Shown here in pieces: positions 23,729 through 33,340 of a DNA stretch of 64,000 nucleotides. The position numbers and the translations under genes are program-made. Source of the DNA: Alphaproteobacteria bacterium (GTDB taxonomy: Bacteria > Pseudomonadota > Alphaproteobacteria > Bin95); NCBI GenBank assembly GCA_963665325.3, contig CAXXWS020000003.1, positions 960,001 to 1,024,000 on the forward strand, read 5' to 3'. The first letter of the stretch is position 1, and the number at the start of each line of letters is the position of its first letter. The notes below the pieces were generated by a model. That model ran no database searches and had not been told where the DNA came from. It saw nothing but the letters and a program-made list of their open reading frames with translations.

Positions 23729-23956
23729 ATGCCCCGCGTGAGCGCGAAACGCCAGATTACGCTACCTGTCGATCAATGCAGGGAAGTCGGGATCGGGCCG
23801 GGTGACGAGTACCGCAGCTATGTCGCCGACGGACGCATCACCATCGTGCGGAAATCCTCCGGCGCGGCCAGAGGAATCCTGCGGCATATAGCCGGCGATC
23901 CCACCGTCAGCGACGAGGAGTCCCTGGAGGACGCGCTTGACGAGTCGGTGTCTTGA
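23729..23956 (+). CDS. AbrB/MazE-family antitoxin
   Basis: MPRVSAKRQITLP..IGPGD; overlaps the PIN gene. Confidence 0.85.
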   Translation: MPRVSAKRQITLPVDQCREVGIGPGDEYRSYVADGRITIVRKSSGAARGILRHIAGDPTVSDEESLEDALDESVS

Positions 23957-24387
23957 TTGCGGTCGATACCAACGTCCTGCTCCGCTATCTGCTGTATGAC
24001 GACGAGGCTCAGGCGGCGCGCGCAGACGCCCTCTTCGACGATGGCGAGGCAGTCCTGATTACGGATGTCGTGCTCGCAGAAACCGTGTGGACGCTCTCCG
24101 GCCCCAAATACCGGCTGGGCAGGGCTGAGTTAGCGGTCGTCCTCGAACGGCTGTTCGGCGAGCCGAATATCCGCTTCGAGGACGACCAAGTCGTGTGGCG
24201 CGCCCTGCAAGCCTGGAAAAACGCACCGCCGACGGCCGAAGCCGGGCGATCGAAGCGCGCCGGGTTCGCCGATGCCCTGATCGTGTTCAAGGCGGTGCAG
24301 GCTGCCTCGGACGCCAGCGAGGCGATGAAAGGCGTCTACACCTTCGACGAGGCCATGCAAAACCTGCCCCACACCGCGCCGCCCTGA
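23953..24387 (+). CDS. vapC: PIN-domain toxin (VapC-like)
   Basis: AVDTNVLLRYL, ETVWTL, GFADALI, YTFD. Confidence 0.9.
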   Translation: MIAVDTNVLLRYLLYDDEAQAARADALFDDGEAVLITDVVLAETVWTLSGPKYRLGRAELAVVLERLFGEPNIRFEDDQVVWRALQAWKNAPPTAEAGRSKRAGFADALIVFKAVQAASDASEAMKGVYTFDEAMQNLPHTAPP

Positions 24388-24535
24388 CGGCAGCCGGACG
24401 AAGGACGTCGTCCGGGGCGAGCGTCTTCGTCTTCCCGCTGCCGCATGGCGCGCCGACCCCTTTATCGCGGATACCCATGCCGCTAGGGTTCCGCCTCATT
24501 CGGCGCGTCGCACCCTTCCGGATGGAGGACACGCC

Positions 24536-25702
24536 ATGCCGCGTTTCTGGACGGCCTGCCTTGCGCTCCTTCTGGCCCCGCTCGCTGCGGCCGACGCAAA
24601 GGAGCTGAAGCCGAAGCTCGGCGATATCGGCGGGGCCTTCTATGCCGAGGTGTCGGAGAGCCGCGACGTCTGCCGGAGCGCAGTCGAGGGCAGGGTCGTC
24701 CTCTGCGGCCTGAACACGAAATTCGAAGACGATGCGGAAAACCGCGAACATGCCCGCTGCCTGCCGGTCTTCGAATGGCAGGCCGAGAGTTGCGCCGCGC
24801 ACTTCCGCCGTGAGGCCCGCAAGTGCGACGGCACCGGCCCGGCGCGCATCGAGGGCTTCACCCGCTTCGGCTGCACGGTGGCGGCGGAGGCCGGGGAGGA
24901 AAGCGGCGAGCCTGCCGTGGCGCCGGTCGACCGGGCGATGCAGGCGCGAATGCGGACCGGTATCCGCAGCGGGCCCGGACCCGGCCATGCCAGGATCGGG
25001 GTGCTGGAAGCGGGCCGGGAGGTGCGGGTCACGGGCGAAGCCGGGGCGTGGCTCAGGATCGAGGCGCCGGACGGCGGCGCGGCCTTCGTTCACGCCTCGC
25101 GGCTCGTCCCGCCCGCTCCCCGGGACCCGGCCGCCGACCTCGCGCCGAAATGTGTGGCCATGAGCCCGGGCGCCGCTTGCTGGCAGGAACTGGCCGACCG
25201 GAAGAGCTGCCGCTTCTGGTACGACTACTACAATCCCGGGGTAAGCTGGACCTGGTCGGGCCTGTGCCGGGCCGGCGTTACCGACGGGCGGGGCGTGCTG
25301 GCGGCAACCTGGGCCGGCGGGTCCGCAGAGCTCTTCGGCGCGTTCGACGGCGGCAGGATGCAGGGCCTGTGGATCGCCCGCTACGCCGGCGGCAGGCTCG
25401 AACAGGGCCATTACGTGAACGGCAGCAGGCACGGCCGATGGGTGGACCGCTATGCAAGCGGCAGGGTCGGCAAAGGCTCCTATGCGAACGGAAGGAAGCA
25501 CGGCCGGTGGGTGGACCGCTACGCCAGCGGCAACAGCCTCGAATACGAGTACCGGGACGGCTCGTTGGACGGGCAGCCGGGGGTCTATATCACCGGGGAC
25601 GGAGAACGCCACCCGGGGCGCTGGTCCGGCAATTGCTTCCTGGACGGCCAGGGCCGGCTGCTGATTTGGCGCGGCGACAGGGAGACATGCCCGCCCGGAT
25701 AG
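24536..25702 (+). CDS. Secreted Cys-rich protein with SH3-like domain and MORN-like repeats
   Basis: Signal peptide; IRSGPG..IGVL..V.V.G...WLRI..FVH SH3b pattern; tandem G.Y.NG.RHGRWVDRYASG repeats. Confidence 0.75.
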   Translation: MPRFWTACLALLLAPLAAADAKELKPKLGDIGGAFYAEVSESRDVCRSAVEGRVVLCGLNTKFEDDAENREHARCLPVFEWQAESCAAHFRREARKCDGTGPARIEGFTRFGCTVAAEAGEESGEPAVAPVDRAMQARMRTGIRSGPGPGHARIGVLEAGREVRVTGEAGAWLRIEAPDGGAAFVHASRLVPPAPRDPAADLAPKCVAMSPGAACWQELADRKSCRFWYDYYNPGVSWTWSGLCRAGVTDGRGVLAATWAGGSAELFGAFDGGRMQGLWIARYAGGRLEQGHYVNGSRHGRWVDRYASGRVGKGSYANGRKHGRWVDRYASGNSLEYEYRDGSLDGQPGVYITGDGERHPGRWSGNCFLDGQGRLLIWRGDRETCPPG

Positions 25703-25808
25703 TGGAGGACAACAAACCTTGCCCCCGCTTGCGAGCCCGGAGGCCACGCCTTGATTGGCAGGGACGGAAATGCCATGCCTTGCGGCAGTGCAAGCAGCGG
25801 GTGGCGGG

Positions 25809-27116
25809 ATGGCGGAATATCTGAAACGGGGCCGCACGGCGGCCGAGCGCGCGGAGGCGGATGCGAAGGTGCGCGCGGCCGTCGAGGGGATACTCGACGA
25901 CATCGGCGCCCGCGGCGACGAGGCGGTCCGCGCGCTCTCGGAGAAGTTCGACAACTGGTCGCCGGAAAGCTTCAGGCTGTCGGAGCAGGAGATCGAGCGG
26001 GCGCTCTCGCAGGTGGCGAAGCGCGACCTCGACGATATCCGCTTCGCTCAAGCCCAGGTGCGCGGCTTCGCGGAGCACCAGCGCGCCGCGCTCCGGGACA
26101 TAGAGGTCGAGACCTTGCCAGGCGTCGTGCTCGGGCACAGGAACATCCCGGTGAACTCGGTCGGCTGCTATGCGCCCGGCGGCAAATATCCCATCGTCGC
26201 CTCCGTGCATATGAGCGTCGTCACCGCCAAGGCCGCGGGCGTGCCGCGCATCGTGGCGGCGGCCCCGCCAGCAGCGGACGGGCCGCACGCGGCCATGGTC
26301 GCCGCAATGCATATGGGCGGGGCGGACGAAATCCTGGTGCTGGGCGGCGTGCAGGCGGTAGGCGCGATGGCGCTCGGCACGGAGACAATCTCGCCGGTGG
26401 ACATGCTGGTCGGCCCCGGCAACGCTTTCGTCGCCGAGGCCAAGCGCCAGCTCTTCGGGCGCGTCGGCATCGACCTGCTGGCAGGCCCGACGGAGACGCT
26501 GCTGATCGTCGACGAGACGGTGGACGCCGAACTCTGCGCCACTGACCTGCTGGGCCAGGCCGAACACGGGCCCGACAGCCCGGCCATTCTGGTGACGAAC
26601 TCGCGCGCGCTGGCCGAAGCCACCATGGCCGAGGTCGAGCGGCTGCTGACGATCCTGCCGACCGCTGCCAATGCGGGCGCCGCATGGCGCGACTATGGCG
26701 AAGTGATCCTCTGCGCCGGCCATGACGAGATGCTGGCCGAGGCGGAGCGCATCGCGTCGGAGCATGTGCAGGTGATGACCGACCGGGACGAGTGGTATCT
26801 GGAGAACATGACCAGCTACGGCGCGCTGTTCCTCGGGTTCCGCACCAATGTCTCCTATGGCGACAAGGTCATCGGGACCAACCACACGCTGCCGACCCGC
26901 CGCGCAGCGCGCTACACGGGCGGCCTCTGGGTCGGCAAGTTCATCAAGACGCACACCTACCAGCGCATCCTGACGGACGAGGCTTCCGCCCGGCTCGGCG
27001 AGGTCTGCTCGCGGCTCTGCATGCTGGAGGGCTTCGTCGGCCATGCCGAGCAGGCCAATATCCGCGTGCGCCGCCTCGGCGGCCGCAACATCCCCTACGG
27101 CGCGGCGGCGGAATGA
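25809..27116 (+). CDS. Histidinol dehydrogenase paralog (HisD/HpsN-like alcohol-to-acid dehydrogenase)
   Basis: [45 protein letters not shown]; not in a his operon. Confidence 0.85.
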   Translation: MAEYLKRGRTAAERAEADAKVRAAVEGILDDIGARGDEAVRALSEKFDNWSPESFRLSEQEIERALSQVAKRDLDDIRFAQAQVRGFAEHQRAALRDIEVETLPGVVLGHRNIPVNSVGCYAPGGKYPIVASVHMSVVTAKAAGVPRIVAAAPPAADGPHAAMVAAMHMGGADEILVLGGVQAVGAMALGTETISPVDMLVGPGNAFVAEAKRQLFGRVGIDLLAGPTETLLIVDETVDAELCATDLLGQAEHGPDSPAILVTNSRALAEATMAEVERLLTILPTAANAGAAWRDYGEVILCAGHDEMLAEAERIASEHVQVMTDRDEWYLENMTSYGALFLGFRTNVSYGDKVIGTNHTLPTRRAARYTGGLWVGKFIKTHTYQRILTDEASARLGEVCSRLCMLEGFVGHAEQANIRVRRLGGRNIPYGAAAE

Positions 27117-28177
27117 CGGCCCTGCCCGCCGGCGCGATCGATTGCGACCTGCATCCGGCGCCGCCCTCTGTCTCGGCGCTAATGCCCTATCTGGAGCCGC
27201 ACTGGGCGGATGCGGCAGGGCATCGGGGGCTGCACGAGCTGGAGACCATCGCCTGGCCGCCCAATGCGCCGCTCTCCTGCCGGCCGGACTGGCGGGACGG
27301 GGAGGCGAAGCCCGGCAGCAATCCTGCACGCCTTGTTCGGGACGCGGTGGACGGCTTCGGTACCCGCTTCGCCATCCTCAACTGCCTCTACGGCGCGCCG
27401 ATGCTCTATTCCGAGGACATGGCTGCCGGCTTCTGCCGCGCGCTGAACGACTGGCTGAAGGCGGAATGGCTGGACCGCGACCCGCGCCTGCGCGCCTCCA
27501 TCCTCGTGCCGCCCCACGCGCCGGACCTTGCGGCAGAGGAAATCGAGCGCATGGCGGAAGACCGGCGCTTCGTGCAGGTGCTGCTGCCCGTCATGGGCGA
27601 GACGCCGCCCGGCCGGCGGGTCAACTGGCCGGTCTATGCCGCGGCCGAGCGGGCGGGCCTGCCGGTCGCCTTCCATGCCGGCTCCGCCTACCGCCACCCG
27701 CCGACGCCGGTCGGCTGGCCCTCCTATCTCGCCGAGGACTACGCCTCGCAGGCGACCGCCTTCCAGTCCGCGCTCACCAGCCTCATAACCGAGGGCGTGT
27801 TCCGGAAGTTCCCGGAGCTGACCGTCGTGTTCGCGGAATCGGGCGTCGCCTGGCTGCCGGCGCATCTCTGGCGGCTCACCAAATACTGGCGGGGCCTGCG
27901 CATGGAGATTCCGTGGGTGGACCGGAGCCCGGAGGAGATCGTGCGCGAGCGCGTGCGCCTGACCGTCCAGCCTTTCGACGCGCCGGAGGAGGCGGTGGCC
28001 CGCCTGCTCGAGCATCTGGGTTCCGACGACATGCTCCTGTTCGCCACCGACTACCCGCACTGGCAGTTCGACGGCATGGGCGCCCTGCCCGAAGGCTTGC
28101 CAGCCGAGCTGGTTCAGCGTATCGCAGTGGATAATCCGCTCGCTGTCTATACGCGCCTTGGGGAGGGAGAACCATGA
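27113..28177 (+). CDS. Amidohydrolase_2-fold metalloprotein (subunit 1 of a tandem pair)
   Basis: [21 protein letters not shown]; ATGA overlap with the upstream gene. Confidence 0.85.
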   Translation: MTALPAGAIDCDLHPAPPSVSALMPYLEPHWADAAGHRGLHELETIAWPPNAPLSCRPDWRDGEAKPGSNPARLVRDAVDGFGTRFAILNCLYGAPMLYSEDMAAGFCRALNDWLKAEWLDRDPRLRASILVPPHAPDLAAEEIERMAEDRRFVQVLLPVMGETPPGRRVNWPVYAAAERAGLPVAFHAGSAYRHPPTPVGWPSYLAEDYASQATAFQSALTSLITEGVFRKFPELTVVFAESGVAWLPAHLWRLTKYWRGLRMEIPWVDRSPEEIVRERVRLTVQPFDAPEEAVARLLEHLGSDDMLLFATDYPHWQFDGMGALPEGLPAELVQRIAVDNPLAVYTRLGEGEP

Positions 28178-29292
28178 CGGCAAAGGTCCTGGAACGCCCG
28201 TCGGGGGAGGCGCCGGCCGAAGCCGCGCTCCGGATCGCCGACTGCGACATCCATCCGAGCCCGAAATCGCTCGAGCGCGAGATCTACCCCTTCCTGGAGA
28301 AGCGCTGGCAGCGCCATCTGGAGCGCTACGGCGCGCGGCCCCGCCAGCCTTTCCTCAACGGCCCGGCCTATCCGAAGGGCCAGCCCGACGCCGCCCGGCG
28401 CGACGCCTATCCGCCCGCCGGCGGCCGCCCCGGCAGCGACCTTGCTTTCATGCGCGAGCAGCATCTCGACCCGCACGATATCGGCTTCGGCGTGCTGAAC
28501 CCGCTCAAGTCCGGCCAGGGCCTGCAGAACCTCGATTTCGCCGATGCCTATTGCCGCGCGATCAACGACTGGCAGATCGCGTTGTGGACCCGGGAGGAAC
28601 CCCGGCTCAAGGCCTCCATCGTGGTCCCCTACGAGGATGCGGCCGCGTCGGTCAGCGAGATCGAACGCTGCGCCGGCGAGGAGGACTATGTCCAGGTCTT
28701 CATGTTGAACCGCACGGCCGAGCCGATGGGCCAGCGCCGCTACTGGCCGATCTACGACGCCACGGCCGCGGCCGGGCTCCCCCTGGCAGTCCATGCCTTC
28801 GGCTTCGGCGGCGCGCCGATCAGCGGCAGCGGCTGGCCCTCCTACTATATCGAGGACATGACCGGCCACGCCCAGTCCAGCCAGGCGGTGCTGACCAGCA
28901 TGATCTTCGAGGGCGTGTTCGACCGGCTGCCAGACCTCAGGATGGTGCTGATCGAGAGCGGCTTCGCCTGGCTGCCGGCGCTTTGCTGGCGGCTCGACCG
29001 GGTGTGGATGCGGATGCGGGACGAGCTCCACCGCTGCAAGCGCCGGCCGAGCGAGATCGTGCGCGAGCAGGTGTTCCTCACCACCCAGCCGATGGAGGAG
29101 CCGCGCAACCCCCGCCAGCTCGTCGAGTGCATCGATTGGATCGGCTGGGACAGGCTCCTGTTCGCGACCGACTACCCGCACTGGGACTTCGACCGGCCGG
29201 ACCGGGTGCTGCCGTCCTGGGTGGACGCGGAAAAGCGCCGGGCTTTCTTCACGGACAACGCGCTCAGGGTGTACGGCCGGCAGATGCCGTGA
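28174..29292 (+). CDS. Amidohydrolase_2-fold metalloprotein (subunit 2 of a tandem pair)
   Basis: [33 protein letters not shown]. Confidence 0.88.
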   Translation: MTAKVLERPSGEAPAEAALRIADCDIHPSPKSLEREIYPFLEKRWQRHLERYGARPRQPFLNGPAYPKGQPDAARRDAYPPAGGRPGSDLAFMREQHLDPHDIGFGVLNPLKSGQGLQNLDFADAYCRAINDWQIALWTREEPRLKASIVVPYEDAAASVSEIERCAGEEDYVQVFMLNRTAEPMGQRRYWPIYDATAAAGLPLAVHAFGFGGAPISGSGWPSYYIEDMTGHAQSSQAVLTSMIFEGVFDRLPDLRMVLIESGFAWLPALCWRLDRVWMRMRDELHRCKRRPSEIVREQVFLTTQPMEEPRNPRQLVECIDWIGWDRLLFATDYPHWDFDRPDRVLPSWVDAEKRRAFFTDNALRVYGRQMP

Positions 29293-29687
29293 CCCGCCAT
29301 GTTGTCGGTCCCGTCGCCGGGTTCCCGCCGGGCACGCGCCGCTGCGTCGTGCTGGAGGGGCGGCGGATCGCGCTGTTCAATGTCGGCGGGCGCTATTTCG
29401 GCCTGCTGGACCGCTGCCCGCACCAGGGCGGCCCGCTCTCCGAAGGGGTGCTGACCGGCCTCGTCGAGGCGGGCGCGCCCGGCGACTACAGCTTCTCGCG
29501 ACCGGGCGAAATCCTGCGCTGCCCCTGGCACGGTTGGGAGTTCGACCTCGCCACCGGCGAAAGCCGCTTCGACCCCCGCCGCCACCGAACCCGCGCCTAC
29601 CGCGTCACCGCCGCCCCGGGCGAGGAGCTCAAGGCCGAAACCGTGCCGGTCCGCATCGAGGAGGACTACGTGGTCGTGGAGACGTGA
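29289..29687 (+). CDS. Rieske [2Fe-2S] ferredoxin
   Basis: CPHQG and CPWHGWEFD; GTGA overlap with the upstream gene. Confidence 0.9.
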   Translation: MTRHVVGPVAGFPPGTRRCVVLEGRRIALFNVGGRYFGLLDRCPHQGGPLSEGVLTGLVEAGAPGDYSFSRPGEILRCPWHGWEFDLATGESRFDPRRHRTRAYRVTAAPGEELKAETVPVRIEEDYVVVET

Positions 29688-29724
29688 GGCGGGGCGGCCG
29701 TAATCCTCGAACCTGCCGACTGCC

Positions 29725-31092
29725 TCACGCTTGTCCACGGATGGCGTTTGCCACCCGGACGATGGCGGCGAGGCTTCGCTCCACGTCTTCGTCAGTCGTG
29801 GCCCATGACGAGACGCTGATGCGCATTGCGGCGCGGCCGTTCCACCGGGTGCCCCCGCACCAGCAGGTCCCTTCGCGCTGCACGCCGCGGATGACCTCCC
29901 CGGTCGTCCGGTCGTCGCCGAAAGCGACGAGCACCTGGTTCAGCACCACGTCGTTGAGGATTTCGAAGCCGGCGTCCCCCAGCCCGGCCGCGAAGCGCCG
30001 CGCCTGCCGGCAATTGCGCTCGACCAGCTCCGCCAGGCCGTCGCGGCCGAGCGACGCCAGCGCCGCCCAGACCTCGACGCCGCGCATGCGCCGGCTGGTC
30101 TCCGGCGTGAACTCGAACGGCTCCCGGTTCTCCGGATCGGGGAGATAGTCGGCCTGCACCGACATCGCGCCGCGCAACGCGCTGGCGTCGCGCACGATGG
30201 CGAGGCCGCTGTCATACGGCACGTTCAGCCACTTGTGCGCATCGGCCGCCCAGGAGTCGGCCTGCTCGATGCCCTGCGCCAGCGCCGCGAACCCCGGTGA
30301 AACCCTCGCCCAGAGGCCGAAGGCGCCGTCCACATGGACCCGGACGTCATCGGCGCGGACCGCCTCGCATATCGCGCCCACCGGATCGAACGCGCCGGTG
30401 TTCACATTCCCCGCCTGCGTGCAGACGATGGCCGGACCGTCCGGAGCGGGCAGCGCATCCACGCGCATGCGGCCCTGACCGTCTGCCGGCACCCGGACCA
30501 CCCGGTCCCGCCCGAGCCCGAGCATGCCCAGCGCCTTGAACAGCGTAGCGTGCGCCTGTTCGCCCACCACAACGGTGATTTCGGGAGCCGCATGGAGCCC
30601 GTCCCGGTCCACGTCATGGCCGTGCGCAAGCAGGACGGCGCGGCGGTCGGCGGCGAGTGCGGCGAAGTTCGCCATCGTCGCGCCGGTGACGAACGCGGTC
30701 CCGGCATCCGCCGGCAGGTCGAGCGCGTCGAGCACCCACCGCGCTGCGACCCGCTCGACCGCGGCGCCGACCGGCGAGCTGACCTCGCTGAAGGCGTTCT
30801 GGTCCCACGCGGCCGCCAGCCAGTTCGCGGCCAGCGGCGCCGGCAGGACGCCGCCGGTCACGAAGCCGAAATAGCGCGGGCCCGCGCTCGCAACCACGCC
30901 CTGATCGCCGATCTCGTCGAGGCGGGAGAGAATCTCAGAGGCCGGCAGCCCCGCTTTCGGCAGCGCCCCGCCCAGCGCCGCCACCAGTTCGCCCGCCCCG
31001 CGCGCCGCAACCACAGGGCGCTCCGGAAGCGAGTCCAGAAACCGGGCCGCGCGCCGGACCGTCTCGTCCAGCAACTCCCGCATGCCGTTCAT
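29725..31092 (-). CDS. PLP-dependent group II amino-acid decarboxylase
   Basis: PRYFGFV, FVTGATMAN, HVDGAFG, DAHKWLNVPYD. Confidence 0.9.
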   Translation of the reverse strand: MNGMRELLDETVRRAARFLDSLPERPVVAARGAGELVAALGGALPKAGLPASEILSRLDEIGDQGVVASAGPRYFGFVTGGVLPAPLAANWLAAAWDQNAFSEVSSPVGAAVERVAARWVLDALDLPADAGTAFVTGATMANFAALAADRRAVLLAHGHDVDRDGLHAAPEITVVVGEQAHATLFKALGMLGLGRDRVVRVPADGQGRMRVDALPAPDGPAIVCTQAGNVNTGAFDPVGAICEAVRADDVRVHVDGAFGLWARVSPGFAALAQGIEQADSWAADAHKWLNVPYDSGLAIVRDASALRGAMSVQADYLPDPENREPFEFTPETSRRMRGVEVWAALASLGRDGLAELVERNCRQARRFAAGLGDAGFEILNDVVLNQVLVAFGDDRTTGEVIRGVQREGTCWCGGTRWNGRAAMRISVSSWATTDEDVERSLAAIVRVANAIRGQA

Positions 31093-31207
31093 GCCGCATC
31101 CGCTCCCGGTGCGCCTACGAATCGTGCGCCCTTGCGCGCGTGAGGCGCCGCAAAACAGCCTGCCCATCATATCCGCAGGCGAGTCGCCGCGACAGCTCTC
31201 AACCGGG

Positions 31208-32581
31208 TCAGGAAACTGCGAACTCCAGGCTCACCCTGAGGCCGGGTGGGCTCCCGCCGGGCGCCGCGTCGGCCAGCACCAGCCGGGCGTTGTGCCGGCG
31301 GGCGGCGGCGGCGGCGAGCGCCAGGCCGAGCCCGTTGCCGGGCAGGTGGCGGCTCGGGTCGAGGCGCACGAAGCGCTCGAGCACGCGCTCCCGGTCTTCC
31401 GGCGCGATACCGGGGCCGCTGTCGGCCACGGTCACGCCGGACGGGCCGACGGTCACCGAGACCTGGCCGCCTTCCGGCGTGTATTTGACCGCATTGTCGA
31501 TGAGGTTGGAGAGCGCCTGGGCCAGCAGTTCCGGCTGACCCTGGATTTCCGGCGGGGCTCCGTCCTGCGCGAATTCGAGTTCGATGCCTCGTTCCGCCGC
31601 CGAGGGTTGATGGAGCTCCGTCAGGTCTTCCCCGAGTCCGGCCAGATCGACAGGGAGGGTCGGGGCGGGGCCGGAGTCCGCCCGCGCGATGGCAAGCAGG
31701 GTGTTGAAGGTGTCCATGAGTTCCCGCACCTCGGCGACCGTGCGCTCCAGCGCGTCCCGGTAGGCGCCGGCCTCGGCGGGCCCCCGCAGCACGTCCTCCA
31801 GCCGCGCATGCAGGCGCGCCAGCGGCCGGCGGAGGTCGTGGGCGACATTGTCCGTCACTTCGCGCAGCTCGTTCATCAGCAGCTCGATGCGCGCCAGCAT
31901 CCGGTTCACGCTCGTCGCGAGGTCGTCGAACTCATCGCCGCGCCCCGTCACCTGCACCCGGCGCGACAGGTCCCCGTCCTGCATGATCCGCCGCCCGGTT
32001 TCGTCCACCGCCTCCGCCCGACGGCGCAGGTCGCGGGAAACGAGCGTGCCGGCCGCAAGCCCCGCCAGCAGGATCAACCCCCCGGCCGCCGTGCCGAACA
32101 CGACGATCCGGCGGCTGAGCGCGATTTCCTCGTCGATGTCGTGAGCGACCAGAAGCCGGAATCCGTCGGGGAGGTTGGCGACATAAGCGCGAGCCGTGTG
32201 CCGGTGGGAAGGCTCGCCGTCATGCGCGCGGCGATAGTGGAAATCGTGCCACCGGCCGGGCTGTTGCGCTGCCTCCGGCCATGATGCGAGGTTGCCGGCC
32301 GCCTTGCGCCCGCGGCGGTCCACCAGCAGGTAAAGCGACCGGCCCTCGCGCCTGCTTCGCCCGTCTATGACGGCGCTGAGCCGGAGCGGCCCGAACGCCC
32401 GGTAATGCTCCGCCAGCCCTTCCAGTTCCGCCCGCACGATCTGCCGGCTCTCCTCCTGCAGCGCCTGCAGGGACTCGCTGTAGAGAAAGCGGAAGCCGGC
32501 GAAGCCGAAGACCCCCAGCACGGCCAGATAGACCAACGTCAGCCGGAAGGCCGAGGTACGCAGCAGGTCAGTCGGGCGCAA
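31208..32581 (-). CDS. Sensor histidine kinase
   Basis: Two TM segments, HAMP, AHDLRRPL H-box, NLIDNAVKY, DSGPG, GNGLGL. Confidence 0.93.
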   Translation of the reverse strand: MRPTDLLRTSAFRLTLVYLAVLGVFGFAGFRFLYSESLQALQEESRQIVRAELEGLAEHYRAFGPLRLSAVIDGRSRREGRSLYLLVDRRGRKAAGNLASWPEAAQQPGRWHDFHYRRAHDGEPSHRHTARAYVANLPDGFRLLVAHDIDEEIALSRRIVVFGTAAGGLILLAGLAAGTLVSRDLRRRAEAVDETGRRIMQDGDLSRRVQVTGRGDEFDDLATSVNRMLARIELLMNELREVTDNVAHDLRRPLARLHARLEDVLRGPAEAGAYRDALERTVAEVRELMDTFNTLLAIARADSGPAPTLPVDLAGLGEDLTELHQPSAAERGIELEFAQDGAPPEIQGQPELLAQALSNLIDNAVKYTPEGGQVSVTVGPSGVTVADSGPGIAPEDRERVLERFVRLDPSRHLPGNGLGLALAAAAARRHNARLVLADAAPGGSPPGLRVSLEFAVS

Positions 32582-33251
32582 GGCGGTATCCGACTCCCCT
32601 GACGGTATGCAGCAACGGCCGGTCGAAGCCCTTGTCGATCTTGGCCCTCAGCCGCGAAATCTGGGCGTCGATCACATTGGTTCCCGGATCGAAGCGGATA
32701 TCCCAGACCTGCTCCAGCAGCATGGTCCGCGTGACCACGCGCCCGGCATGTTCGGCCAGCACTTCAAGCAGGCGGAACTCCTTGGGCTTGAGCGGCACCG
32801 GCAGCGGCTTTCCCGCCCGGTAAACCCGGCGCTCAAGGCGGTGGATTTCCAGATCGCCGATGGCGATGTCGGTCTCGGCCGCTGCCGGGGCGCGCCGCCG
32901 GGCGAGCGCCTCGATGCGCGCGCGCAGCTCCGCAAAGGCGAACGGCTTGGCCAGATAGTCGTCGCCTCCGGCGTCCAGCCCCTTCACCCGGTTGCCGACG
33001 CTGCCGAGCGCGGTGAGGAACAGGACTGGCGTGCGGTCGCCGGCCGCGCGCAGTTCCCGGACCAGCGTAAGGCCGTCCAGCTCCGGCAGCATCCGGTCCA
33101 CCACCAGCACATCGAAATCGCCTTCGAGCGCGATCTCCAGCCCGTCGCGCCCGTCTTCCGCGGTTTCGACGCGATGTCCCTCTTCGCGCAGGCCCTTGGC
33201 CGTATAGGCCGCCGTCTCGCTTTCGTCTTCGACGATGAGGATGTTGAGCAT
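32568..33251 (-). CDS. OmpR-family response regulator
   Basis: ILIVED, DRMLP, GGDDYLAKPF, LHTVRGVGY. Confidence 0.95.
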   Translation of the reverse strand: MLNILIVEDESETAAYTAKGLREEGHRVETAEDGRDGLEIALEGDFDVLVVDRMLPELDGLTLVRELRAAGDRTPVLFLTALGSVGNRVKGLDAGGDDYLAKPFAFAELRARIEALARRRAPAAAETDIAIGDLEIHRLERRVYRAGKPLPVPLKPKEFRLLEVLAEHAGRVVTRTMLLEQVWDIRFDPGTNVIDAQISRLRAKIDKGFDRPLLHTVRGVGYRLAPD

Positions 33252-33340
33252 GGCGCCGTAATCCTAACACGGAGTTGGCAAGGGAAAGAGCCGGACGCCC
33301 GCCGGGGGGAGGAGAAACCGGCGGGCGTCCGGGGGCGGGG

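Noticed and set aside
25809-27116. Housekeeping hisD or definite hpsN
   Set aside because: There are no his genes or DHPS pathway genes nearby, and the substrate cannot be assigned from sequence.
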